NCBI GenBank assembly: GCA_965655095.1
Contig: OZ296657.1
Span: forward strand, 26,040,001-26,104,000
Source of the DNA: Haplodiscus bocki
Lineage: Eukaryota
DNA length: 64,000 bases
Direction of reading: 5' to 3'
Made by a program: the position numbers and the translations under genes
Notes under the pieces: model-generated
What the model saw: only the letters and a program-made list of their open reading frames with translations
Database searches by the model: none
What the model was told of the DNA's origin: nothing
Shown here: positions 51,678 to 62,558 of the stretch, piece by piece
Layout: every line of letters starts with the position of its first letter
Position numbering within the stretch: position 1 is the stretch's first letter

Positions 51678-54420
51678 TGTAATATACAACGTATCGGAAA
51701 ATGGTATCATTGAATAGAGCTTTTCAACACCTTTTGAACGATATATAATATGTCATAATTTTTCAAAAATTTTTCATTGAAATACCCAATCTTTGGAGTT
51801 TCAGATTGTAATAGTTTTAGCCAACGTTGTCGAAAACATTACTTTTGAATAACTTTTTCCAAGAACTTTCTAATGACTTATAACACTCCACTAATATTTA
51901 TACTTTTTATTGGTATACCATGTTTCATGTTTAGTTTCAGGTTTTTGATGTTAATAGTTTCAGTCAACGTTTTCGACAAAATTACCATTGAATAGTATTT
52001 TTCAGGACGTTTTCAATGATATATTATATTTTTCTGTAGCCTAAAACTTCGTTGCTTTCGTAATTGTTACATGTTTAAAAGACCGTGGGAAAGTCTGAAT
52101 AGAAAATAAAAGAAATTTCCACTTGAGTGGTTTTCTACTTACCTTTTAGCCTTTGATCTGTTTTAAAATTGTTTTTCTCGAAAACTATGATAAATATGAG
52201 GCTCAAACTTTCAGGGTGGACTAATTAGACTATGAGCTTATGATTTTAATTGAGACCGACAACCTCTGAGTATACCATTGTTTTCCCGAAACAGAACTTT
52301 TTTTTCATCAACATTCCTGTGTTACTACATTGATGTGTGCCAAGCACAGAGTTGGCCTAGCTATCATATAGTATAATTACTATAGTTTCCTGTGTTCTCC
52401 CATTGGTATAGTATAATTTTACATTATCCTACACTTTTTTTATTAATTTTACCTAAACTTTGCTGTTTTTTACTAATTTTACTTAATTTTTCCTGTTTTT
52501 TACTAGTTTGTTTTACGTTGTTTGCTATTTTGAGTGTGTAAAAAGTTTTATATGGTTATGCTAAAATGATTCTGCTAAGCTACCTCATCGATTCTATATC
52601 AACTAGGCAACTGCAATTTGAACCAGTTGCTCATTGAGGCGATGTTTTCCATTGCCTTCAAATAATGTTGGCTGAGTGAAAGTATTTCGAATAAGTAAAC
52701 TTTCCCAACAATGAGCAGACGCTAAACAAAAGACTCAGCAGCGCTGCAAAAGTTTCGCCGGTGATGGGTCAGAAATGGTAAGGAAACTTGATGAAATGTT
52801 AAAAAAAGGGAACCCATCGTCGGAGGAGGCTCGCTCTTAGCTCAGTAAGTATAGTTTTCGACAGAAAATGGTACTCCTAAAAGCTACTTTCAAAAGAACG
52901 CTTTGAGTTATTTATGAAAAAGTTTAGAAATTTAAAATTTCCTTCCGGCTGTGAGTCGAAAAACTTTGCTTTTTTTGGTTGCTGTGCTCAAAATTGATTT
53001 CTTGGTGTGAAGACGGACAATTTCGGGCAGAAAAGTTATTTCGAAGACTTTGAATTTTGAACTTTGACCGAAAAATTTGGAAGAAGGGGGTCCAACATTA
53101 CTGATGCAGCCGGTATCTTTGAATGATCATCGACATCAATAAACCTACTAACTTCACCGACATCGATATTTGCCGCTGTTTTGTGAACCATTCTCCCATG
53201 TTAACTAACATTATTTAAAAATACGTTTCTTCATCCCCCTCTAGAAGAGACAGTTTGTTGGTTGAGACAACGCTCAGAGTGTGGGAACTGTCATTCACTC
53301 AAACTGTTTACTGATATTGGTCAATGACTCATTGACTTGACGGCCTTTGCTGATTTTAAGTTCCCATTATGAAAGTTGTAGACTTACTTGTAATCTAGGT
53401 TCCGAGTGATGCAAAAAGTTGCTAAGGCTGACGAAAATAGAACAAGGTGGTTCAGCTGGTAATGTTTTTTGAGACACCTAAAAACAATCCAAAAACTGAC
53501 AAACATGCGAAAATTTTTTAAAAATCATTGGTTTGCGCACGCACCACTAAGTGTTCGGAAGCTGTCTGCTCGTGGTTTGAAAGTGACCATTTATCAAGTT
53601 TTTCTACAAGTTTGATCCCCATTAGCTGGAAAGTTATGCTTTGGGCGCTAATAGTACTTAGAGCTGAAGAGTCATTCCATGTTTCAAGTTGGCTGCTGAT
53701 CAAACTGATTTTTTTCTTCTGGAGCAGTTAAAGTCTCAAAAATGTCTTTTGTTATTTTTCTTCGGAAGACTACTAACCCTAGTGGGACGTGCAGATATTT
53801 TTGTGAAGTGCATGCATGCAGGCAGCCAATTTCTTTATGAACCATGGAAAATTAAGACTTTTAGCATACAAAAATTTTGATTGTTGTCGCTGCAGCAGCA
53901 GCAAAAGTTTGTTCAAGATGTCAAGGTAATACAGAAAACGTAAGAGTTATCACACCTCTATTGATTGACTCAATCATTACTACCTCTGAGGTGCTCATAT
54001 TAGTTATTTCCTTTAGGCTTTGACCATTCACCTTTTTTTTGCTTAGTAAGTGACTCGGCGCGGGTACTTATAAAGATAATCTGTATTGTTGCTAATGTAA
54101 TGCGCGACAAATTTGTAAGTCTGTCCGTTGTAAGAGTAATCAGGCTGCATCCAAAAGCCTGCAAGACGTTTTCTAAATTTTTGTCTGCCAATTTCTGAAA
54201 GCAAATTACACAACCCCGCCTAATTTTTCGAAATTCATTGAAGAAACTTGAAAGATATCACAGCAATAGACAAAACTTAGGCATGGAAAATTTAATATGA
54301 ATCATTAAAAAACTTTGGAAAAGTGTTTAGAACCATATAAAATCTAACAAAACTTTCCTGATTTTCGACTAGGAAGGTTTTCCACAAATTATTAGTTAAA
54401 TGTAATGGTTTTAAAGAGAT

Positions 54421-56439
54421 TTGATGCTAATAGTTTCAGTCAACGTTTTCCAAAAAATTACCATTGAACAGCTTTTTTCAGGACGTTTTCAAAGATATAT
54501 TTAATTTTTTGGAGCTCAAAATTTCGTAGCTTCTGGAATTTTTACATGTTTAAGTGACCGTGGGAAAGTCTGAATAGAAAATAAAAAAAGTTTCCACTTG
54601 TATGGTTTTCTACTTACCTTTTAGCCTTTTGATCAATTTTAAGTTTTTTTTCTCAAAAACTATGATAGATATGAGTCTCAAACTTTCAGGGTGGACTAAT
54701 TAGACTATGAGCCATTGATTTTAATTGAGACCGACAACCTCTGAGTATACCTTTCTTTTCCCGAAATAGATTTTTTATTTTCTATCAACATTCCTGTGTA
54801 CCTCCATTGATGTGTGCAAAGCACAGAGTGAGCCTAGCCATCATATAGTATGATTACTATAAATTCCTGTGTTCCCCCATTGATACAGTACAATTTTACG
54901 TTATCCTACACTTTTTTTTATTAATTTTACCTAAACTTTGCTGTTTTTTACTAATTTTACTTAATCTTTGCTGTTTTTTACTAATTTGTTTTACGTTGTG
55001 CGCTATTTTGGGTGTAAAAAAAGTTTTATATGGTTATGCTAAAATGATTCTACTAAGCTACACCATCGATTCTATATCAACTAGGCAACTGCTATTTGGA
55101 CCAGTTGCTCATTGAGACGATTTCTTCCATTGCCTTCAAATAAAATTGGCTGAGTGAAAGTAATTCGGATAAGTAAACCTTCCCAACAATGAGCAGACGC
55201 TAAACAAAAGACTCAGCAGCGCTGCAAAATTTTAGCCGGTGGTGGGTCAGAAATGGCAAAAAAAACTTGCTGAAAACTTAAAAAAAGGGAACCCATGGTC
55301 GGCGGAGGCTCGCTCTTAGCTCAGTAAGTATAGTATTAGACAGAATATGGTACTCTTGAAAGTGATTTTCAAAAGAACGCTGTGAGTTATATATGAAAAA
55401 AGTTAGAAAAATAGAACTTCCTTCCGGCTGTGAGTTGAAAGACTTTGGTTTTTTGGCTGCTGTGCTCAAAATTGATTTCTTGGTGTGATGACGGACTTTT
55501 TCGGGCAGAAATATTTTTTGGAAGACTTTGAGTTCTGAGTTTTAACCGAAAATTTTGCAAGAAGGGGGTCTAAGATCACTGATGCAGCCGGTATCTTTGA
55601 ATGATCATCAACATCAGTAAACCAACTAATTTCACCGACGTCGATATTTGCCGCTGTTTTCTGAAGCACCCTCCCATGTTAACTGACATCATTTAAAAAT
55701 ACGTTTCTTCATCCCACTGTAGAAGAGACACTTTGCTGGTCGAGTCAACGCTCAGAGTGTTGAAACTGTCATTCACTCAAACTGTTTACTGTTATTGGTC
55801 AATGACTCATTTTCTGGGTCACTTGACGGCTTTTGCTGATTTCAAGTTCCCAATATCAAAGCTGTAGACTTACTTGTAATCTAGGTTCCGAGTGATGCAA
55901 AAAGTTGCTACGGCTGACGAAAATAGAACAAGGTGGTTCAGCTGGTAATGTTTTTTGAGACACCTAAAAACAATCCAAAAACTGACAAACATGCGAAAAT
56001 TTTTTAAAAATCATTGGTTTGCGCACGCACCACTAAGTGTTCGGAAGCTGTCTGCTCGTGGTTTGAAAGTGACCATTTATCAAGTTTTTCTACAAGTTTG
56101 ATCCCCATTAGCTGGAAAGTTATGCTTTGGGCGCTAATAGTACTTAGAGCTGAAGAGTCATTCCATGTTTCATTTTGGCTGCTGATCAAACTGAATTTTT
56201 TTCTTCTGAAGCAGTTAAAGTCTCAAAAATATCTTTTGGTATTTTTCTTCGGAAGACTACTAACCCTAGTTGGACGTGCAGATAATTTTGCAAAGTGCAT
56301 GCATGCATGCAGCCAATTTTTTTTATCAACCATGGAAAATTAGGACTCTTAGCATACTTGTATTTTGATTTTTTTCGCTGCAGCAGCAGCAAAAATTTGT
56401 TCAAGATGTCAAGGTAATACAGAAAACGTAAAAGTTATC
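54421..56439 (+). repeat. Direct tandem copy of terminal region 51945-53951
   Basis: Collinear alignment; duplicated ORF-track entries at 53518/56004 and 53528/56014. Confidence 0.92.
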
Positions 56440-56453
56440 GCAAATATTATAGT

Positions 56454-56541
56454 ATATTGCGGATAATATCAGTAGTCCTCACCGAGCTCATTCGCTTCGC
56501 TCATTCACTCAATTCGTCCCAATGATATTATCCGACAATAT
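56454..56541. other. Long imperfect hairpin with GCTC-rich loop at the left boundary of element D
   Basis: ATATTG-CGGATAATATCA (56454-56471) is complementary to TGATATTATCCGACAATAT (56523-56541). Confidence 0.7.
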
Positions 56542-56724
56542 CCACGCTCGGTCGTTCGCTAAGCTCACTCACCGGCTTCCCTCCAGTCAGCCTCTCGCTT
56601 ATTTTATTGGCTGCGCCACTCACTTGCCTTTTTTTATACACTACTTAGTCGTGAAACTATTGAATTAAGTTTAAAAAGAAATAAAATTGAAATTATAAAA
56701 TTATGTACAATTTTTAATTTTTAC

Positions 56725-56978
56725 AAAAACGTCACTGGCCAAGCCTGATGTCTACGTTTTCAAGCAGCTTACAGGAACCTTTCCTGGCAACGTTTCCCAT
56801 CGATCTAGTCAGCTTTTTCAAGCATTAAGATATAGACAGTGCCTCCATATAGCTTTCGTGCATGATGACAAAGACTGGGGGACGTTGGCTAACAGTGAAC
56901 CCCAAACACTGTGACTACCAATTAAGCATCGTCTTAACTTTAGTCAATGTAGCAAATACCACTAGGCTATACAGAGGC
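56725..56978 (-). ncRNA. Putative Pol III-type structured RNA (~254 nt), better preserved copy
   Basis: 13-bp closing stem with two G.U pairs, pseudoknot, GAAA tetraloop hairpin, TATATATA at -32..-25, T5 run at the 3' end. Confidence 0.6.
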
Positions 56979-57089
56979 AGTATAAAGGTAGAGAAACTAG
57001 AATATATATACAAATTCTATTATGGTTCACACAATTTCTCAGTCTCGTGCACGTGTATGTTGTAATAAGTCGACAGACCTTAAACATGC

Positions 57090-57365
57090 ACAGATTTTGA
57101 AGTTTTAAGGTACAACAAAGTGTGATATATCAATGGATAGCCCTTTAAAAGTTTAGTTTGTGCTGAAAAATTCAGCTCTGTAATTTTTGTAATCTTCGAG
57201 AAAATTGATAAAATCAGTATATGTCAACATACCTCAAACATGAAGAGATTACAAATTTTCGAGCTCGAACAATGTGTGATATATCATTCAATAGCCGTCA
57301 AAAAATTAGTATACCCTGAAAATTTCAACTCTGTATCCATTATAATCTTCGAGAAATTGATATTA
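57090..57365 (+). repeat. Two diverged ~154-bp tandem units
   Basis: TGTGATATATCA at 57121 and 57275, each followed by ATAGCC..CTGAAAA..TCA.CTCTGTA..TAATCTTCGAGAAA. Confidence 0.8.
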
Positions 57366-58075
57366 TAAATTTACAAAATTATTAGATTTCTTTTTATTTG
57401 ATAATATTTTTTCATGATATCTTGCATTTCTTTGTCCATGTATATTGTACTTTTTAGATTTGTTGTTATTTTTAAAATATAAATACTTACTTTTATATGA
57501 GTACGAATACTAGAGTATACTTACAATTATAAGAGTTTTAATACAATCACTGATAATTAACTGATATACAATTATGCGAGTATTTTTACTAGGGTATACT
57601 TACAATTATAAGTGTTTATTACCTGTCTAGTTTTTTCGAAGTATTCTTTTATTTTTACAACCTTTTATATGTCCTCAAATGTTATGCGTTATCACTTTCC
57701 TCAACCATTTTCTGTTCGTACATCTCAAAGATTTTAGGCCTCAAAGTTGTTATTAACGATTTATCAAAATAAAGTTTATTTCCATTGTAAGCTATCTACA
57801 AATTATCGAGATTTCCTATCAATTCTTTCAATTTGTTAAAATTTACGTTACCAAATTCATCCATTAAAAACTTTCAAATATTGATAAATGTATTTTTTTC
57901 CAAACCAATTATGATGTTGAAAATTTCTATTTGATTTAGAAAACCCAACACATCCTTAATCGTATCCATTTATATAGTATAAATCGTCATATCCATTCAA
58001 CAAACCATCTAATAGGTTTTTTTTATTCGTTGTTTTTTTTCAACCATTTAAAATTATTTATAAAACATCGTACTC

Positions 58076-58438
58076 TTAATTGAATGTTTGCTTGATATAC
58101 CATTCAATATTAAATTCTTTGTTATTTTCAGCAAATTCTGTTTCAAAAACGAGTTTTTTGACATTAGCAGTCTTTTCAAATGAAAGTTTATATAATATAT
58201 TCTCTCTTAGATCATGAACAATTATTAGAATTTTTTGAATTTCATCACTAAGATTTTTCAAAATTATATCATCGATTAGAGACAAACTTGCAAGAATTCT
58301 AGTATAAGGAATTGTTTTATAAAAACTGTTAATCATACAATTTCGTACTTGATTGATTTCTACTTTATTTTTCATATTTTTATAATCACAAAATACTGCA
58401 GAATTACAAAAATTTAATATATCTTCTTTTGTTTGCAT
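58076..58438 (-). CDS. Hypothetical viral protein, 120 aa
   Basis: Intact ORF with ATG in a co-oriented gene run. Confidence 0.55.
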   Translation of the reverse strand: MQTKEDILNFCNSAVFCDYKNMKNKVEINQVRNCMINSFYKTIPYTRILASLSLIDDIILKNLSDEIQKILIIVHDLRENILYKLSFEKTANVKKLVFETEFAENNKEFNIEWYIKQTFN

Positions 58439-58458
58439 TTGTTTATAATAAAAATATA

Positions 58459-58977
58459 TTAATCATAATTTGAACGAGTTTTATATACTCGTAATTTTTG
58501 ACAATTTGAAATATCGTGATAATCAAATAACTTATCAATATCATTCTCATCAGTTTTTTCATTCTTAGTATATTTAAAATATGGTGTTAAATAATATTTA
58601 TTTTCCCATCCTACTGCTATACTACAAGGTGTTAAATTATTCTCCATATTTGAGATGTATTTGTATATTCTATCATTAGTTAGAAATGAACATATCATAT
58701 CACCTCCGATATACACATACCTATATCTTTTATTCTTTTTTCCTATTTTAAGTAAAATAGTATTTCCATTAAATACTTCTTTATCCATTGCTCCCGAAAA
58801 TTCTGTCATATCATGTAGATGACTTTTGCCTAAAAATGTTTCCATAGGATTAACTTCGTTTATAATACTTTTATCATTAGAAAAATCTTCAAATGTTTGT
58901 ACCTTAGTCATTCCATTATTTTGAAAGGTTATATCATAACAAACACAATTGTATTTGGTTACATATATAATAGTCAT
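58459..58977 (-). CDS. Conserved viral hypothetical protein, 172 aa
   Basis: Intact ORF; GNTILL..YVYIG..SF..D.I..Y.S..NN..P..A.G.EN pattern shared with three other loci in the window. Confidence 0.7.
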   Translation of the reverse strand: MTIIYVTKYNCVCYDITFQNNGMTKVQTFEDFSNDKSIINEVNPMETFLGKSHLHDMTEFSGAMDKEVFNGNTILLKIGKKNKRYRYVYIGGDMICSFLTNDRIYKYISNMENNLTPCSIAVGWENKYYLTPYFKYTKNEKTDENDIDKLFDYHDISNCQKLRVYKTRSNYD

Positions 58978-59306
58978 TTATATAGTATAAAATTAGAATA
59001 GATGAATACATACAATTATATATGTCTTTTTTTTCCTAATTATTCTTTTTTACTAATTTTTCTTTTCAATTCTATATCTGAATCTTTTATTGTTCCACCC
59101 ATTATGTTAATCAATTCTACAAGAATCACATTTTGAATCAAAGTATCATAACCTCTTTTTGATTGATAATTATAAGGTAATCTATTATATCTATCTAACA
59201 TATCACTTATTTTAACTCAAACTATAGGATCTTTTCTAATTACATTTATAAAATCTTCCATTTCAATAATGATAAATCATTCCAAGTAATCTTGCTTATA
59301 TGAAAA

Positions 59307-59822
59307 ATGCATCGCCTTTGTTTTATTTGTAATCGAAACTATCTAGTTACTTTACATAATAAAAAGGATAAAAGTACATATATAAAATTTACTAATAATA
59401 ATATTAACCTAGACGAAGTAGATAATATATTAAACGATTATATCACTTTTCATTGTGAAAAATTTAACTCTTATTTAATTAGGTGTGAAGTTGTAATAGA
59501 ATTCGATAATAATTTCGAAGAAAATATAGAAAGTGAATATTTTTATTTTTATAATAAAGATATCAATAATTTAAAGAGAAATTTATTATATGGCATTATA
59601 CCAAAAATATACAAAGATAGAAATGATTGTAATATCAAACAAATGATTCTTAAAACAATTAATGATAGTGGTGATATGACAAACAAATATAATAAGAATC
59701 TCCCAATGAGTATGGTTGAAAAAAGGTTAAAGATTACTACTGCCAAAAAACCATCATTAATAAAAGTACTAGACAGAAATAAAAATCAACCTCTGTTCAG
59801 GAAAAACTCACATTTTATTTAA
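59307..59822 (+). CDS. Hypothetical viral protein, 171 aa
   Basis: Intact ORF; eroded homolog at ~38530-39050 (INEVNFILDDVIT). Confidence 0.6.
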   Translation: MHRLCFICNRNYLVTLHNKKDKSTYIKFTNNNINLDEVDNILNDYITFHCEKFNSYLIRCEVVIEFDNNFEENIESEYFYFYNKDINNLKRNLLYGIIPKIYKDRNDCNIKQMILKTINDSGDMTNKYNKNLPMSMVEKRLKITTAKKPSLIKVLDRNKNQPLFRKNSHFI

Positions 59823-59832
59823 TAACTAAAAA

Positions 59833-60021
59833 ATGAATGTGACAAATATTACTGATGATTATATTGATAATTGTACAGACAATGAAAACAATATTGATAT
59901 AATTATACCAGCATTGTTCTTTACAATACCATGTGGTCTATCATTTTTATGTTTGATGAGTTTGATGGTATATACTTTAATCAAACCTGTAATAAATAAA
60001 AAAGAAAAATACTTATTATAA
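59833..60021 (+). CDS. Small single-pass membrane protein, 62 aa
   Basis: Three N-x-T sequons, hydrophobic segment, basic tail. Confidence 0.55.
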   Translation: MNVTNITDDYIDNCTDNENNIDIIIPALFFTIPCGLSFLCLMSLMVYTLIKPVINKKEKYLL

Positions 60022-60139
60022 TAATATTTATACATATTCTTCATATATGAATACACACAAATATTCGAGTACTTATACTAGGGTATAATTACACATAGTT
60101 GAATACTTATACCAAGGTATAATTATATGTCAAACAAAA

Positions 60140-60866
60140 ATGGAGAAATATTTATATCCAAATCATGCAGTTCGTTGTATTATAACCGGTCCATGAAATT
60201 CGGGCAAAAGTGTTTTTCTAACAAATTTTATTTTTGAATGTTATTAACGAATAAAATAAAATATACATCTATTCACCTAGTCTTCATCAAGAATTATATC
60301 AAAAATTAAATGAATGTTTCAGTAAATATATACCTATTCACATAATCCCAATTACCTTGAATGAAGAAAATATAGATATAGTAATTGAAGAGATAGTTAA
60401 TAATGAAGACTTTGAAAAATCAGATACTGAGATAGAAACGTATGAAAGTATACAAGAATTAAAATTTCCCCAAGAGTATGATGATGGGGGTAATATTATA
60501 CTAGATGATCTCAATGGAAAAGAAATGAATGATCCTCGAGTACAAGCAATGTTCAAAAGATCTAGACATAATAATTTATCTATGTTTATAATCTCTCAAT
60601 ATTACTACGAATTACCAAAGAGAACTAGAAGAGCTAAAGGTAATGTCTATCATATCTTCAAACCAAACAATTTCAGAGATGTTCAGAATTTATATCGAGA
60701 TAAAGCTTCCATGGATATGGCACTCATTGAATTTAAATAACTAACCAGTACTTGTTGGAATGAAATGTTCTAAACTCTCACTATTGATATGACTAAAGAT
60801 AAATATACTGGTCGATATCATCTCGGATTAGATAGTATATATATACCAGATAGCTCTCCTTTTTGA
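60140..60866 (+). pseudogene. A32/FtsK-like packaging ATPase
   Basis: IITGP*NSGKS (Walker A with a stop), IILDDL (Walker B), FKRSRHNNLSMFIISQYYYELPKRT. Confidence 0.92.
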
Positions 60867-60913
60867 AAAATAATTGATATTGTTATACGAATAGTTGTAT
60901 TTAAGTCTTATAA

Positions 60914-61770
60914 ATGAGTATTTATTCTATTGTAATAGAAGAAGATTTAATTATTCTACGTAAATTAGCAGAGCAACAAAAAGAACAACCAGTACTGAAA
61001 ATTAAAAGTAGAATTTTAAAACAAACACATGATTTTAGGCTGGCAGAATCTTTATCACCAAAAACTAAAGAATTTGATACCATTAATGAGAGTACTAGAA
61101 ACTCAGGTAAATCTATTAAGGAATCGAATTCTAAAATTGAATTAAAATCTCTACCAAATTGCTCTAAATTTTGTAATTCAATGCGACAGATGTTAGGATC
61201 GCTAATGAATAGTCGGAAATCTCTAAAAATTACTCGAGATGAATTAGGTAGGGCAAATATTTTAGGCGTTCCTATTCAAATATTACAAGGTGATACAATA
61301 AAAATAAATGAAAATCTCTATGAATTAACTCCAGAAAAATAAAAAGCATTAACACAACCTTTATACACTGGTAAAACTATGAAGATTGATGATGATTTTT
61401 TAATGTTGTATAATATTTTAAAAGATGTTAAATATACAGGTGTAGAAGATAGACCATCTAACAGAAAAACATTCTCCACAATCAATCTGCCTGAAAACGT
61501 CAGTGAAATTAACAACATAAAATATATTGAAAATACAGACGATTCTGATAGTGATTAACAAGGAGAAAGAATTGAAAAAATTATCATACCCTCTAACATA
61601 ATTGATATTTACACTAGACTTGAAATGTTACTCGGACTCAAACTGAGTGGTCATACTGATACTCTAACAGAAGCAACAAGCAACTTAAAAGATGATTTAT
61701 ACAAGACAGGTGAAATACAAAACAAACAACAATATCGAAATGCTCTCAATAAATTTTCATCTTTTTTAAT
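60914..61770 (+). pseudogene. Conserved coiled-coil gene after the ATPase
   Basis: ORF pieces 60914-61342 and 61625 onward; IDIYTRLEMLLGLKLSGHT. Confidence 0.65.
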
Positions 61771-62558
61771 GGAACTACCAAGTAAATTATTAGAACAAAA
61801 AGCATTTAATACGAGATGCAGAATTGAAGAGCATATGTTAATTTTTATGGATAAGTATACTCATGAATAGCATTTATTTCAACCACTTGAAACGAATAAT
61901 AAACAATTTAAAAGAGCAGTCACTTTTCTATCTGCTTATAACGGCATTTTCAATGTTACAAATAGAAACAATAAGTTTCAAATCAAAAAATATCTTATCT
62001 TTATCTTATCGATGAGGATTTTATTCAAATTAGAATCCCCATAGGAGCTTACAAAATTGAAAGTTTGAATATTGAAATGAAACGGATTATTATTGATAAC
62101 GAACATTACAGTGAAGGAATTTATCCGTTCATAATCAAGCGAATTTTTTCAACTCTCGGCAGTATTGTACAAATATCACCTCAAGGACCGATAATTGATT
62201 TTGTGTTTGATGATAGTATTGGAAATTTACTAGGATTTAACGGGACTATTTTATGGGAAGAATACAATTTATCACCTAATCCTATTGACATTCTTTCATT
62301 TGATAATATTTTCATTGAATGTTATATAGCTCAACGTTTGATTTTCAAAGGAAAAAAAGTAGGATTTTTCATAATTTTACAATGGACGTTATTCAGGGAT
62401 TTATATTCGTTGGGCGGTTTCGGGGGGTTTGATGTGGTATATGATGGATAGCAAAGATGTTGATTCAAGTATTAATTCTAAATTCAAAAATGGAAATGGA
62501 ACTTTTGTATCATTTAACGGGTAATCAGTTAGTTTTTGATTATCAATTAAGGAAAATT
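61769..62558 (+). pseudogene. Minor capsid (penton-like) protein
   Basis: IFNVTNRNNKF..IPIGAYKIESLN..LLGF..SPNPIDILSFDNIFIEC. Confidence 0.75.

Larger units (their letters stand above)
37098..54290. mobile_element. Element B: decayed Polinton/adintovirus-like endogenous virus, about 17 kb
   Basis: 37098-37250 repeats the AGTAGT-type end at 33694; 37915-38520 is inverted relative to 51690-52270; contains pPolB, integrase, MCP, ATPase, two pentons, protease and HTH. Confidence 0.8.
50577..54290 (-). repeat. Right arm of the inverted repeat / right terminal region of element B
   Basis: Reverse complement of 33905-36944 with ~650 extra bp (53567-54216). Confidence 0.9.

Noticed and set aside
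56900-56978. tRNA gene suggested by the A-box-like TAGCCTAGTGG and GGTTCA
   Set aside because: No cloverleaf: no 7-nt anticodon loop or canonical T-arm, and the 5' end pairs ~125 nt downstream
56725-56978. Telomerase RNA, hammerhead ribozyme or SRP RNA identity for the structured RNA
   Set aside because: No telomere-like template; GAAA is present but the CUGANGA/UH core is not; SRP-like words (GCCUAAG, CCAGG) lack the helix 8 tetraloop and the Alu domain
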